Source: Bacillota bacterium (GTDB taxonomy: Bacteria; Bacillota; Limnochordia; JAAZLZ01). From it: 63,655 nucleotides of DNA. The notes below the pieces were generated by a model, which was not told where the DNA came from, searched no databases, and was given only the letters and a program-made list of their open reading frames with translations. Location: the NCBI GenBank assembly GCA_012522085.1, contig JAAYLE010000146.1:1-63655 (forward strand), given 5' to 3'. This document shows positions 19,300-28,631 of the stretch, one piece after another (positions within the stretch are counted from its first letter, which is position 1; every line of letters starts with the position of its first letter). A program made the translations under genes and the position numbers.

Positions 19300-20543
19300 C
19301 GCAGGTGCAGGCGAAGAAGATTGAGAGCCGCCTGGGAAGCCCGATACTTTACCTCCTCCCTCTGACCGGAGAAGGTATGCTTCTCCACCAGGCATTCGCC
19401 ATCGCGGGCTAAGGCCAAATAGACAAGTCCTACCGGCTTGGTTGGCGTTGCTCCCCCGGGGCCGGCAATGCCGGTGATGGCCAGGCCTAAATCCGCATCC
19501 CCAACTAATCGCACCTCTTTAGCCATCGCTTCGGCAACTTGAGGGCTGACTGCTCCGTACTCTTCCAAGAGCTCATCTGGTACATCAAGGAGCTCCTTCT
19601 TGGCCTCATTACTATAGACAATCAGTCCTTGCCGGAAGAAAGCGGAGCTGCCCGGGATATTGGTCAGCCGATGGGAAACAAGTCCCCCTGTGCAAGACTC
19701 GGCAACAGCCAGGACTAGTCCCCCTTTGATCAGCTTCTCGGCCACGACGCCTTCCAAGGTATCGCCGTCAACGCCGTAGATGGCATCACCCAATCGCTCG
19801 CGGAGCTTAGCTTCCAAAGGTTCAATCAACGCCAGGGCTTCTTCTGCTCCGGCGGCCGCCGCGGTCAGCCGCAAACGCACCTCCCCCAACCCCGCGTAAG
19901 AAGCAATGGTGGGATTGGTCTGTTCTTTGATAATATCGGCGATTGCATTTTCTGCCGCCGACTCACCGAGGCCCGTCAAAAGCAAAGTCCGGGATTTGAT
20001 CACCCGTTTCTCCCCAGTGCTGGTCCCAAAAAGCCGGGGGACCACTTCTTCCTCGAACATGGTCTCCAGTTCCCGGGGCACTCCCGGCATGCAAACAATG
20101 GTCCGCCCCTGATAACGAGCCAAAATTCCCGGGGCAGTACCTCGCCGATTGGCGATGAAATCAGCGCCCTCTGGCCGGTAGGCTTGACGACGGTTGTTGT
20201 CCGTCATCGGGCGGCCAAGTCGGGTGAAATAGGCTTCCAAGTGCCTAACGGCGCCCTCATCCAACACGAGGCGAGCGCCCAGCACCTCAGCCAAGGCTTC
20301 CCGGGTGAGATCGTCCATGGTGGGGCCAAGGCCCCCCGACACAAGGACCAGATCCGACCGGGACAAGGCCAGCTTGAAGGCCGCCACCAAGCGGCCCTGG
20401 TTGTCCCCCACCGTTTGCCGGTGGTAGATATCCACGCCCAACTCGGCAAGTCGCCTGCCTAGGAAAGCCGCGTTAGTATCGACGATCTCGCCTAGTAATA
20501 GTTCGGTCCCCACTGAAATGATTTCCGCACGCACATCCTCCAC
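19296..20543 (-). CDS. cinA: Competence/damage-inducible protein CinA (MoCF + NMN deamidase domains)
   Basis: AEIISVGTELLLGEIVDTNAAFL...GGLGPTMDDLT..., with a C-terminal AESCTGG PncC-type domain. Confidence 0.92.
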   Translation of the reverse strand: MEDVRAEIISVGTELLLGEIVDTNAAFLGRRLAELGVDIYHRQTVGDNQGRLVAAFKLALSRSDLVLVSGGLGPTMDDLTREALAEVLGARLVLDEGAVRHLEAYFTRLGRPMTDNNRRQAYRPEGADFIANRRGTAPGILARYQGRTIVCMPGVPRELETMFEEEVVPRLFGTSTGEKRVIKSRTLLLTGLGESAAENAIADIIKEQTNPTIASYAGLGEVRLRLTAAAAGAEEALALIEPLEAKLRERLGDAIYGVDGDTLEGVVAEKLIKGGLVLAVAESCTGGLVSHRLTNIPGSSAFFRQGLIVYSNEAKKELLDVPDELLEEYGAVSPQVAEAMAKEVRLVGDADLGLAITGIAGPGGATPTKPVGLVYLALARDGECLVEKHTFSGQREEVKYRASQAALNLLRLHLR

Positions 20544-20602
20544 CGTCCCTAATTAGAAATCCCCTAAGTTTTACATGTGCCCGCGTGAAATTCCTGCGAC
20601 CC

Positions 20603-22090
20603 TTAAGCACTCTTCCGAGACTCTTGCAACATCCGGCGGAAATCTGTTCCATCGATCCGTTCTTCTTCTATTAGGAGCTGGGCAACGCTTTCTAAGACCT
20701 GTCGTTCCTGACTCAGACAATTGACAACTGATTTTTCCGTCTCCTTCAGGATCCGATCGACCGCTTCATGCAATTCCCGAGGCGGCAGGTCCTCTTTGCT
20801 GACGATGCCTAGATGGGATAGGCCGCCAAAAACCATCTGTTTGGCAAGTTCGATGGCTCGCTCAAAATCCCCCATTGCACCGGTGCTCCTTGAGCCTACA
20901 GCGAGTTCTTCAGCAACAGCTCCACCGAGACAGATGGCAATTTGCCCCAAGATCTCCTCCCTGGTGTAGAGATAACGATCATCAACCGGCGCCTGCCTAG
21001 TATAACCAAGGGCTTGTCCCCGGGAAGAAATGGAGACCGCCACCACCGAACCAGGCTGCACATATTCCCCGATCAGGGCATGACCAACCTCATGATAGGC
21101 TATGCGCTTCAGCTCCTCCTCCGAGGGACGCCGCTGCAGCTTCTCGCCCATCATCACCTTGTCGATGGACTCCTGCAGCTCTTCCTTGCCGATGTCGTCC
21201 TTGTTGCGCCGCATGGCGAGAATGGCCGCTTCATTGGCCAAGCTTTCCAGATGGGCGCCGGAGAAGCCAAAGGTATCCCGGGCCAGTTCTTCCAGGTCCA
21301 CATCATCGGCCAGGGGTTTGCTCCGCATGTGGATCTTCAGGATCTGCAGTCTCCCTTCCCGGTCGGGCAGGTCCACCCGCACCACCCTGTCGAAACGACC
21401 AGGACGAAGCAGAGCCGAATCCAACAGATCCGGTCGATTGGTCGCTCCCACCACCAGGATCGCTATCTTGTCATCGGTGTTCATCCCATCCATCTCCACT
21501 AGGAGTTGGTTCAGGGTCTGATCGTATTCCAGATGGGAGCTGTGCTTGCCCCGTTTGCCCCCCAAAACCTCGATCTCGTCGATGAAGATCACGGCCGCCT
21601 GTTTTTGAAGCTTCTCCGCTAAGGAACGGGCTTTGGTGAACAGCGAACGAATCCGCTGGGCGCCCACACCGGCATACATCTCCACGAACTGGGACCCACT
21701 GGTGGCCAAGAACACTGAATCAGTGTAACTTGCGGCCGCTTTGGCCATCAAGGTCTTGCCCGTTCCCGGGGGGCCCACCAACAGGATCCCTTTCAAGGGG
21801 CGAATGCCCATTCTCTTGACTTTATCCCGATAACGAATGAAATCCAGCGCCTCAACGAGCTCTCTCTTGGCCACCTCCTGGCCGCCCACATCGGCGAAGG
21901 TGACGTGGGACACCACATCCAGGTCCTGGGATCCTCCCAACAGCTCAAAACGGCGCCCCCTGCCTTCGGTCATGTAATAGAGGAGGAAGGCCGCCCCTCC
22001 GAGCACAATGAGAGGGGTAATGTCGTAGCCTTGGGCGGCGGCGAAGACCAAGGTGGCCATTAGTCCGCCAAGGAGCACTTCTTTAATCAA
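20603..22090 (-). CDS. FtsH-family AAA+ zinc metalloprotease, short form without an extracytoplasmic domain
   Basis: Two closely spaced TM helices. Motifs: GPPGTGKT (Walker A), IIFIDEID (Walker B), RPGRFDR and HEVGHAL (M41 zinc site). TTG start overlaps the upstream stop. Confidence 0.85.
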   Translation of the reverse strand: MIKEVLLGGLMATLVFAAAQGYDITPLIVLGGAAFLLYYMTEGRGRRFELLGGSQDLDVVSHVTFADVGGQEVAKRELVEALDFIRYRDKVKRMGIRPLKGILLVGPPGTGKTLMAKAAASYTDSVFLATSGSQFVEMYAGVGAQRIRSLFTKARSLAEKLQKQAAVIFIDEIEVLGGKRGKHSSHLEYDQTLNQLLVEMDGMNTDDKIAILVVGATNRPDLLDSALLRPGRFDRVVRVDLPDREGRLQILKIHMRSKPLADDVDLEELARDTFGFSGAHLESLANEAAILAMRRNKDDIGKEELQESIDKVMMGEKLQRRPSEEELKRIAYHEVGHALIGEYVQPGSVVAVSISSRGQALGYTRQAPVDDRYLYTREEILGQIAICLGGAVAEELAVGSRSTGAMGDFERAIELAKQMVFGGLSHLGIVSKEDLPPRELHEAVDRILKETEKSVVNCLSQERQVLESVAQLLIEEERIDGTDFRRMLQESRKSA

Positions 22091-22632
22091 CCCCTTGCAC
22101 CCCCAATTCGTCCCGCGGCAGGTGTACGGGGGATGATTTCATACAAGTAAGCATCGTCCTTGGCCAATTGTACATAGACGTTGTCCCCATCAACGTAAAA
22201 CCGGCCCTGCTCAAGGCCTGCTCCTGCGGCCAAGGCCTCAAGTTCGCCGGCCATCTGGGCAAAGCGTCCAGTGGCAATGGCTTCGGCGATGATGAAGTGC
22301 ATGTCGTAGAACACCTCGCTGAGGAACGGATCCCGGTTGTCTTTGATCCGTACAGTCACGTTCCGGTCGCCAAGGAGCTCTCTACCTGCCCCCACCAAGT
22401 CCAGATAAGTCCGCCGCAAATTCTCTACCGGGGCCACTTGAAACTCCAGATAGAGCTGACCCTGGCGCCTTTCAATATTCACCTCTTCTACCCCGGCTAC
22501 ATCACGAAATGATTCTTCCAAGGGCTTTAAGACCTGCCACCGATAGAAGAGTTGTTGACCGAAAAATAGCAGTCCTAGTATGGCTAGGAAAAATATGAGG
22601 ATAATTTCCACCCTTAAGCCCCGGATCTGCAT
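22087..22632 (-). CDS. Hypothetical membrane-anchored protein (181 aa)
   Basis: Start is ATG 22632 behind an AAAGGAGAGG SD. One N-terminal TM. Translationally coupled to the FtsH-like gene. Confidence 0.6.
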   Translation of the reverse strand: MQIRGLRVEIILIFFLAILGLLFFGQQLFYRWQVLKPLEESFRDVAGVEEVNIERRQGQLYLEFQVAPVENLRRTYLDLVGAGRELLGDRNVTVRIKDNRDPFLSEVFYDMHFIIAEAIATGRFAQMAGELEALAAGAGLEQGRFYVDGDNVYVQLAKDDAYLYEIIPRTPAAGRIGGARG

Positions 22633-22713
22633 GTTTCCTCTCCTTTCCCCCTCACCCTGTCCTTGAAGAACATTATAGCACAGGAAGAAGGGCCATTGGA
22701 CGGGCATTAGGTG

Positions 22714-24039
22714 TCAATCCCTGGCAAGGGGAGCGGCGTACAAATCATAGGTTCCAGCTCCAACGACGCGGGCCTTGATGAGCCGACCAGGCTCGAGCTG
22801 AACTCCCGGCAGGTGGGTAATTCCATCCACGTCGGGGGCCTGACCCCGGGTTCGGCCCCAGGAGCCGCCCGCTCGCCTGCCTTCGATCAGGACTTCTACG
22901 TTGCCTCCCAAACGAGCCCGGTTGCGCCTCCTGGAAATCCTCGCCTGCAACTCCATCGCACGGGCTCGTCGTTCCTCTTTGAGCTCTTGGGACAGCTGCC
23001 CGCCAAGTCTCCCCGCGGGAGTTCCTTCCTCTTGGGAGTAGGTGAACACACCCACATGGTCGAACTCTACGTATTCCATAAACCGCAGCAGTTCTTCGAA
23101 TTGGGCCTCCGTCTCCCCGGGAAAGCCCACAATGAAGGTGGTGCGCAGGACAATCCCCGGGATCTGGCGCAAAGTCTTGATGAGTCTGAGGATGGATTCT
23201 TTGCTGCCGCGCCGGCCCATTCTCTTTAAGATGGTTTCATTTATGTGTTGCAGAGGCAGGTCCACGTACCGGCACACCTTCTCCTCTTCAGCCAAGACTC
23301 GGATGAGGTCCGGAGTAAAACTGGTGGGGTAAGTGTATAAAAACCGCACCCATGCCAGCCCCTCCACCTGGGCGACCTTTCTCAGCAGCTCGGCCAGCAT
23401 CGGCCGTCCGTAGCGATCGAGGCCATAGGCAGTCGTATCCTGGGCGATCAGGATCACTTCCCGGGCACCTTGGGCAACCAGCCTCCTCGTCTCCTCCAGG
23501 ATCGATCCTACCGAGCGACTGCGCAGCTTACCCCGCACCTGGGGGATGACGCAATAGGTGCAGTGGCGATGACACCCCTCCGCAATCTTGACGTAAACGC
23601 TATGCCCCGCCCCCGTCGTCAGTCTAGGCAGGCGGTGATCGTACAAGGCGGTCGGTTCGCCGACCCAGGCCACTTTTGCTCCACCAAGGACTTGCCGGAT
23701 CGCCTGGGGCAACCGGTGGATCTCCCCCGTCCCCAATAGAGCATCGACCGCCGGGAGGTCTGTGAGAAGTGCCTCCCCGTAGCGCTGGGCCAAACACCCC
23801 GCCACAATCAAGGCCCGGCACTTGTCCTTCTTGTTTTCAGCAAGCTCGCTGATGGTCTGGAAGGACTCCTTCCTCGCCGCCTCGATGAAGGTGCAGGTGT
23901 TGACAACGAGTACGTCCGCTTCTTCCTCTCGGAAAGTGATGGCAAAGCCTTCTTGGGCCAGCATGCCCAGGGCCACTTCAGTATCAACGAGGTTTTTCGC
24001 ACACCCGAGGGAGACAAAGCCCACGCGAATCGGTTCCAT
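22714..24039 (-). CDS. rimO: Ribosomal protein S12 methylthiotransferase RimO
   Basis: MTTase N-terminal domain (VGFVSLGCAKN), radical-SAM CxxxCxxC (CHRHCTYCVIP) and a C-terminal TRAM domain. Confidence 0.88.
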   Translation of the reverse strand: MEPIRVGFVSLGCAKNLVDTEVALGMLAQEGFAITFREEEADVLVVNTCTFIEAARKESFQTISELAENKKDKCRALIVAGCLAQRYGEALLTDLPAVDALLGTGEIHRLPQAIRQVLGGAKVAWVGEPTALYDHRLPRLTTGAGHSVYVKIAEGCHRHCTYCVIPQVRGKLRSRSVGSILEETRRLVAQGAREVILIAQDTTAYGLDRYGRPMLAELLRKVAQVEGLAWVRFLYTYPTSFTPDLIRVLAEEEKVCRYVDLPLQHINETILKRMGRRGSKESILRLIKTLRQIPGIVLRTTFIVGFPGETEAQFEELLRFMEYVEFDHVGVFTYSQEEGTPAGRLGGQLSQELKEERRARAMELQARISRRRNRARLGGNVEVLIEGRRAGGSWGRTRGQAPDVDGITHLPGVQLEPGRLIKARVVGAGTYDLYAAPLARD

Positions 24040-24055
24040 CCCTTCTCGCTCCTTC

Positions 24056-24088
24056 CAATAGCAAAGCCCCAGTCGACTGGCTGGGGCT
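24056..24088 (-). terminator. Hairpin terminator after csp (weak U-tract)
   Basis: AGCCCCAG-8 nt-CTGGGGCT (24065-24088), then TTTGCTATT on the minus strand. Confidence 0.45.
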
Positions 24089-24113
24089 AGCTAGCTACTA
24101 TTTCGTCAACCGT

Positions 24114-24320
24114 TCAAACCCCGACCTTGACCACGTTGACAGCCTGGGGGCCACGGCTTGAATCAACTATGTCGAATTCAACTTCCTGCCCATCCTCAAG
24201 ATTCTTGAAGCCTTCGTCTTGAATGGCTGAGTAATGAACGAAAACATCTTCTCCATCTTCACGTTCAATGAACCCATAACCTTTCTCCGCACTAAACCAT
24301 TTGACCGTGCCACGCACCAT
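24114..24320 (-). CDS. Cold-shock protein (CspA family)
   Basis: [33 protein letters not shown] carries the RNP1/RNP2 motifs. Start is ATG 24320 behind a GGGAGGAA SD. Confidence 0.95.
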   Translation of the reverse strand: MVRGTVKWFSAEKGYGFIEREDGEDVFVHYSAIQDEGFKNLEDGQEVEFDIVDSSRGPQAVNVVKVGV

Positions 24321-24540
24321 TAAACTAATTCCTCCCTGCTTACAGATTCGGACGTTACCCGTCCGACTGTAGTATCGCCCATCAGGGAAGACCTTAGTCT
24401 CCAAGATTTTCTCCGATTGACAAAAAGCCCTAAGAACTAAAGGAGCGGCAACTAGCCTCGTTGTGTTCGCCCAAGCATCAGTCCCACAACATGGAGTTAC
24501 CGCCGACGTTCCCGGGAACAGCTATTTGCGAGAAGATGAA

Positions 24541-24616
24541 TGGTGGACCCGAGGGGATTCGAACCCCCGCCCTCTGCAATGCGAATGCAGCGCTCTCCCA
24601 ACTGAGCTACAGGCCC
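24541..24616 (-). tRNA. tRNA-Ala (anticodon CGC), CCA encoded
   Basis: Minus-strand sequence: GGGCCTGTAGCTCAGTTGGGAGAGCGCTGCATTCGCATTGCAGAGGGCGGGGGTTCGAATCCCCTCGGGTCCACCA. It folds as a cloverleaf with anticodon loop TTCGCAT, the G3:U70 alanine identity pair and a GTTCGAATC T-loop. Confidence 0.93.
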
Positions 24617-24628
24617 ACCGCTGCGATC

Positions 24629-24657
24629 ATTATACAACAACAATCGGCCTTTGCCAA
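24629..24657 (-). promoter_or_regulatory. SigA-type promoter for tRNA-Ala
   Basis: Minus strand reads TTGGCA-17 nt-TATAAT. The -10 ends 12 nt before tRNA position 1. Confidence 0.65.
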
Positions 24658-24660
24658 CCG

Positions 24661-24684
24661 AAAAAGTCCACCCCAATTTGGACT
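24661..24684 (-). terminator. Rho-independent terminator after the P-type ATPase gene
   Basis: AGTCCA-8 nt-TGGACT followed by TTTTT on the minus strand. Confidence 0.65.
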
Positions 24685-24688
24685 GCGA

Positions 24689-26641
24689 CTAACCCGTGGG
24701 ATGTTGGCCGCGTGCAAGGAGCCCTTGGGATCTAGCTTTCAGGGATCCCCAGCTGCCGTAAGCTCTGGTTGAGTTGAGAACAGCGATGAGGGCAACGCCC
24801 ACATCGGCGAAGACCGCATTCCACATCGATGCTGCGCCCAACGAGCCGAGCACTAAGACCAGGGCCTTCACGCCCAAGGCAAAAATGATGTTTTGCAGGA
24901 CAATTCGCCGCGTTCTCTTGGCGATTTCGATCGCATCGGCTATCCGGGCCGGATTGTCATCCATGATGACAACGTCAGCCGCTTCAATGGCGGCATCGGA
25001 GCCGAGCCCGCCCATGGCGATGCCCACATCGGCCCTGATTAGGGCCGGTGCATCGTTGATCCCATCGCCAGCGAAGGCCACCTTGCCGCTCCGCTCCATA
25101 ATCATCTCCAAAGCGCGGACCTTCTCTTCCGGCAGGAGGTTGGCTTGAAACTCATCGATCCCTACTTCATCGGCAACTCGGCTGGCGACATGATCCACAT
25201 CCCCCGTCAGCATGACGGTCTTCTTGACGCCAACCCCTTGCAGCCTCTTAATGGCCACGGAAGCTTCTTCTTTGACTTGGTCCGCCAAGCGAATGCGGCC
25301 GGTCAGCACTCCTCCCTTGGCCACGTTGACCACCGTTCCATCGGTTACACAAACATCATGATCGACATTCTCGTGATGGAGGAGACGATCGTTGCCGGCC
25401 AGCACTCGTTCCCCTCCAACCAAGGCCCGCATCCCCATACCCCGCAGCTCCTCGCTCTCCGCGATGGAGTCATGATCAATTGGGCCTCCTTGATAGGCTT
25501 CCCGAATGGAAAGGGATACTGGGTGATCGGAGTAGGCTCCGGCATGGACCGCAAGACGCAAGACCTCATCTGCAGAATAGTCCTCTTGCGCTTCTATTTC
25601 GATTACACGGAAGGTACCGTGGGTGAGGGTCCCCGTCTTGTCAAAAACCACCGTATCTACTTGCGCCAGTGCTTCGAGGTAGTTGGCCCCTTTGACTAGC
25701 ACCCCCCGTTTGGAGGCGCCGCCGATCCCGGCAAAATAACCTAAAGGGATCGAGATGACCAAGGCGCAGGGGCAGGAGATAACCAGCAGCACCAAGGCGC
25801 GATGGATCCAGTCAGCAAAGACCTGGCCGGGAATGACCAGGGGCGGCAGGAGGGCTAAAGCCGCCGCCAACACTACTACCGCCGGGGTGTAGTAGCGACT
25901 GAAGGTGGTGATAAAGCGTTCCGTTTGGGCTTTGCGCTCCCCGGCCTCTTCCACTAACCTTAAAATCCGGGCTACTGAAGATTCCGCATAAGGATAGTCA
26001 ACTTCAATGACGATCACACCCCTGGTGTTGACCATCCCGGCCAAGGCTTTATCACCCACACTTACGGACCGAGGCATGGCTTCACCAGTAAGGGCTGACG
26101 TATCCATGAGAGTCTCTCCTTCGATCACACGGCCATCCAAAGGCACCCGCTCTCCCGGACGAACTAGAATCCTCTCTCCGGGCATGACCCCCTCCGGACT
26201 TACTTCCCGCCAGTCTCCCCCGCGATGAACCCTGGCATAGTCCGGGCGAATGGCCAGCAGGGCCTGGATGGCTCCCCGGGACCGCTCTACAGCTTTGTCC
26301 TGAAGCAGTTCGCCCAAGGAGAACAATATCATCACGCCCACCGCTTCCGGTATTTCACCGATGGCAATTGCGCCAAGGGAAGCGATGGTCATCAAGAAGT
26401 TTTCATCGAAGAGTCGTCCGTGCAGCATGTTATGACCTGCGCCCAGGAGTACCCTCCAGCCTGCTGTTAGATAAGCAGCCAAAAGCAGAATCATCCCTGC
26501 CCCATAACCGGCGCCGCGGCTCGCCATGCCAAGACCAAACAGAATAAGTGCCGCCAGAGTCTCCCTGCCGCGGTTGGTCCCGTGTTCGTGGCCGCATCCA
26601 TGACTGCATCCGCATCCTGGCCCTGCAACACATGTTTCCAT
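24689..26641 (-). CDS. Heavy-metal (Cd/Zn/Co-type) P1B-ATPase
   Basis: CPC transmembrane metal site (ISCPCALVISIP), DKTGTLT phosphorylation motif, TGD and GDGINDAP. The N-terminus is Cys/His-rich (CVAGPGCGCSHGCGHEHG) in place of an HMA domain. Confidence 0.9.
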   Translation of the reverse strand: METCVAGPGCGCSHGCGHEHGTNRGRETLAALILFGLGMASRGAGYGAGMILLLAAYLTAGWRVLLGAGHNMLHGRLFDENFLMTIASLGAIAIGEIPEAVGVMILFSLGELLQDKAVERSRGAIQALLAIRPDYARVHRGGDWREVSPEGVMPGERILVRPGERVPLDGRVIEGETLMDTSALTGEAMPRSVSVGDKALAGMVNTRGVIVIEVDYPYAESSVARILRLVEEAGERKAQTERFITTFSRYYTPAVVVLAAALALLPPLVIPGQVFADWIHRALVLLVISCPCALVISIPLGYFAGIGGASKRGVLVKGANYLEALAQVDTVVFDKTGTLTHGTFRVIEIEAQEDYSADEVLRLAVHAGAYSDHPVSLSIREAYQGGPIDHDSIAESEELRGMGMRALVGGERVLAGNDRLLHHENVDHDVCVTDGTVVNVAKGGVLTGRIRLADQVKEEASVAIKRLQGVGVKKTVMLTGDVDHVASRVADEVGIDEFQANLLPEEKVRALEMIMERSGKVAFAGDGINDAPALIRADVGIAMGGLGSDAAIEAADVVIMDDNPARIADAIEIAKRTRRIVLQNIIFALGVKALVLVLGSLGAASMWNAVFADVGVALIAVLNSTRAYGSWGSLKARSQGLLARGQHPTG

Positions 26642-26709
26642 ACTTCCACCTCCTCTGCGCCAACTGAATGACTAATAAATAATTCAACAATCGTTTAAGT
26701 GTCACCTGC

Positions 26710-26738
26710 ATGATACACTCCTGGAAAATCCATGTCAA
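26710..26738 (-). promoter_or_regulatory. SigA-type promoter for the P1B-ATPase
   Basis: Minus strand reads TTGACA-17 nt-TATCAT. Confidence 0.6.
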
Positions 26739-26840
26739 TACCCTTCTGTTGACAAGGCCCCTCCCCAAGAACCTCCAGCCATAACTCCCATCAGCCGGGG
26801 GAAAATGAACTGGGCTTAACCTTTACCGAAGGAGAACTCT

Positions 26841-28628
26841 ATGGACATACCCCTCAAGACTTTTCCGATCACAGTGCCCATCATGACCTTCAACTGGGAT
26901 GCACCTCCAGCAGGTCCTGCCCAAGAGGACTTCACCGAAGAAGAATTGATCGACGACTTGTTTGCGGTGAAGTTCTCCCGGGATGCCATCAAGGACGTCA
27001 TTACCGCCATCCGGCAAGGCAGATGGGGAACCTGGGCCGACTTCAAGCTGGCCTGGCTGGCCCATGGGATCAATACCAAGGGGTGGGAAGATCTTCATTG
27101 TCCCCGCAGCTTGGGGGAACACTGGCGGAAAGTCGGGGTCGTCCCCTACCCCCATCAGCTGGACGTCCTCAAGACCGTAGTGCAAAAAATGCACGGCCGG
27201 GCCATCCTGGCGGATGAGGTGGGCCTGGGCAAGACCATTGAGGCAGGCATGATTCTGAAAGAATACATCCTCAGGGGCATGGTCCATAGAGCCTTGATCT
27301 TGACCCCCAGCTCCCTTTGCTATCAGTGGTACAGCGAATTGCGGGAGAAGTTCCTGATCACACCCTGGCTGCAAAGGAGCGACAAAGACTGGGAACGAGC
27401 GCCAATCCTGATCGCATCATTGGACACGGCCAAACGCTCTCCCCACCGGGAAATAATCTTGAGTCAAGAGTATGACATGCTAATCGTCGATGAAGCCCAT
27501 AAGCTGAAAAACGACCGCACCCAGAACTGGCAGTTAGCCAACGGCATCAAGAAGAAATTCTGCCTGCTGCTGACGGCAACACCGGTTCAAAACGATCTGA
27601 AGGAGCTTTACAACCTGATCACGTTACTAGAGCCGGGCCTGCTAGGAACCTACCGGGCCTTCCGCGAACAGTTCGTGGCGAACCATCGCACCCCGAAGAA
27701 TGTGGAGGAGCTCCGTCATCTGCTGGAGCGAACCATGATCCGCAACCGACGGGGAGTTGAAGGAATCCGCCTGCCTAAGCGGGTCGTGAACAACCAGGTC
27801 ATCGAACTATTGCCGGAGGAAAGGCTCCTTTACGATGGGGTGAAGGAGTTCGTTCAAGGGGAATACCATCGCTGTCTGTCTAGCGGAGGCAACCCCCTGC
27901 CCCTCATCACCTTGCAGCGGGAAGTCTGCTCTAGCGCCCATGCCGCCTACTATACTTTGGCCAAGATGCAACAGTCGCGCGGCTCTCAAGTCACGCCCCT
28001 GCTGGAGCTGGCGGCAACCATCGACAAGGGGGCCAAGCTGCTGATGCTCGAGGACTTGGTCAAGAGCCTCGGGGAAAAGGTGATCATCTTCACCGAATAC
28101 CGGGCCACCCAGGAGTACCTTCGCTACCACCTGGAACAGGCCGGGTTCCTCACCGTCGGTTTCGACGGGAGCCTGTCCCCAGGCAAGAAGGAGTGGATCC
28201 GGCGGCAATTCCAGGAGCACGCCGACATCATGGTCAGCACCGAGTGCGGTGGAGAAGGGCTCAACTTCCAGTTTTGCCGCAATGTGGTCAACTTCGACCT
28301 GCCGTGGAATCCAATGCGCCTTGAACAGCGGATCGGCCGGGTCCATCGGTTGGGTCAACGCAGGGATGTCAACATCTTTAATCTGGTCACCCGAAATACC
28401 ATCGAGGAACACATTTTGTACCTACTCCATGAAAAGATCGGAATGTTTGAAATGGTGGTGGGCGAGCTTGATGCCATCCTGGGGGCAGCCGATGGAATCT
28501 GGGAAAGCAGCTTAGCCGAGATTCTCCTGACAACGCGCGATGCCACAGAGCTTCGGGCAAAACTTGATAGTCTGGCCCGCGAGCTACTATCGAAGGGTCG
28601 CGAAGACCCGCTAATCTCCTTGATTTAA
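26841..28628 (+). CDS. SNF2-family (RapA/YqhH-like) helicase/ATPase, copy A
   Basis: GRAILADEVGLGKTIEAG (motif I), LIVDEAHKLKN (DExH), LLLTATPVQNDLKELYNLITLL, VNFDLPWNPMRLEQRIGRVHRLGQ (motif VI). ATG follows an AAGGAG SD. Confidence 0.9.
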   Translation: MDIPLKTFPITVPIMTFNWDAPPAGPAQEDFTEEELIDDLFAVKFSRDAIKDVITAIRQGRWGTWADFKLAWLAHGINTKGWEDLHCPRSLGEHWRKVGVVPYPHQLDVLKTVVQKMHGRAILADEVGLGKTIEAGMILKEYILRGMVHRALILTPSSLCYQWYSELREKFLITPWLQRSDKDWERAPILIASLDTAKRSPHREIILSQEYDMLIVDEAHKLKNDRTQNWQLANGIKKKFCLLLTATPVQNDLKELYNLITLLEPGLLGTYRAFREQFVANHRTPKNVEELRHLLERTMIRNRRGVEGIRLPKRVVNNQVIELLPEERLLYDGVKEFVQGEYHRCLSSGGNPLPLITLQREVCSSAHAAYYTLAKMQQSRGSQVTPLLELAATIDKGAKLLMLEDLVKSLGEKVIIFTEYRATQEYLRYHLEQAGFLTVGFDGSLSPGKKEWIRRQFQEHADIMVSTECGGEGLNFQFCRNVVNFDLPWNPMRLEQRIGRVHRLGQRRDVNIFNLVTRNTIEEHILYLLHEKIGMFEMVVGELDAILGAADGIWESSLAEILLTTRDATELRAKLDSLARELLSKGREDPLISLI

Positions 28629-28631
28629 AGG

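Noticed and set aside
24321-24540. 220-nt gap between tRNA-Ala and csp, considered as a possible ncRNA or riboswitch.
   Set aside because: No recognisable riboswitch core or strong structure is present. A long 5' UTR is normal for cold-shock genes. Only a short GTTCCCGGGAAC palindrome was seen.
26665-26686. Inverted repeat TGAAT-N12-ATTCA downstream of the ATPase promoter, considered as an ArsR/SmtB-type operator.
   Set aside because: The arms are only 5-6 bp and lie in an AT-rich stretch. The spacing differs from known 12-2-12 operators, and no regulator gene is nearby.
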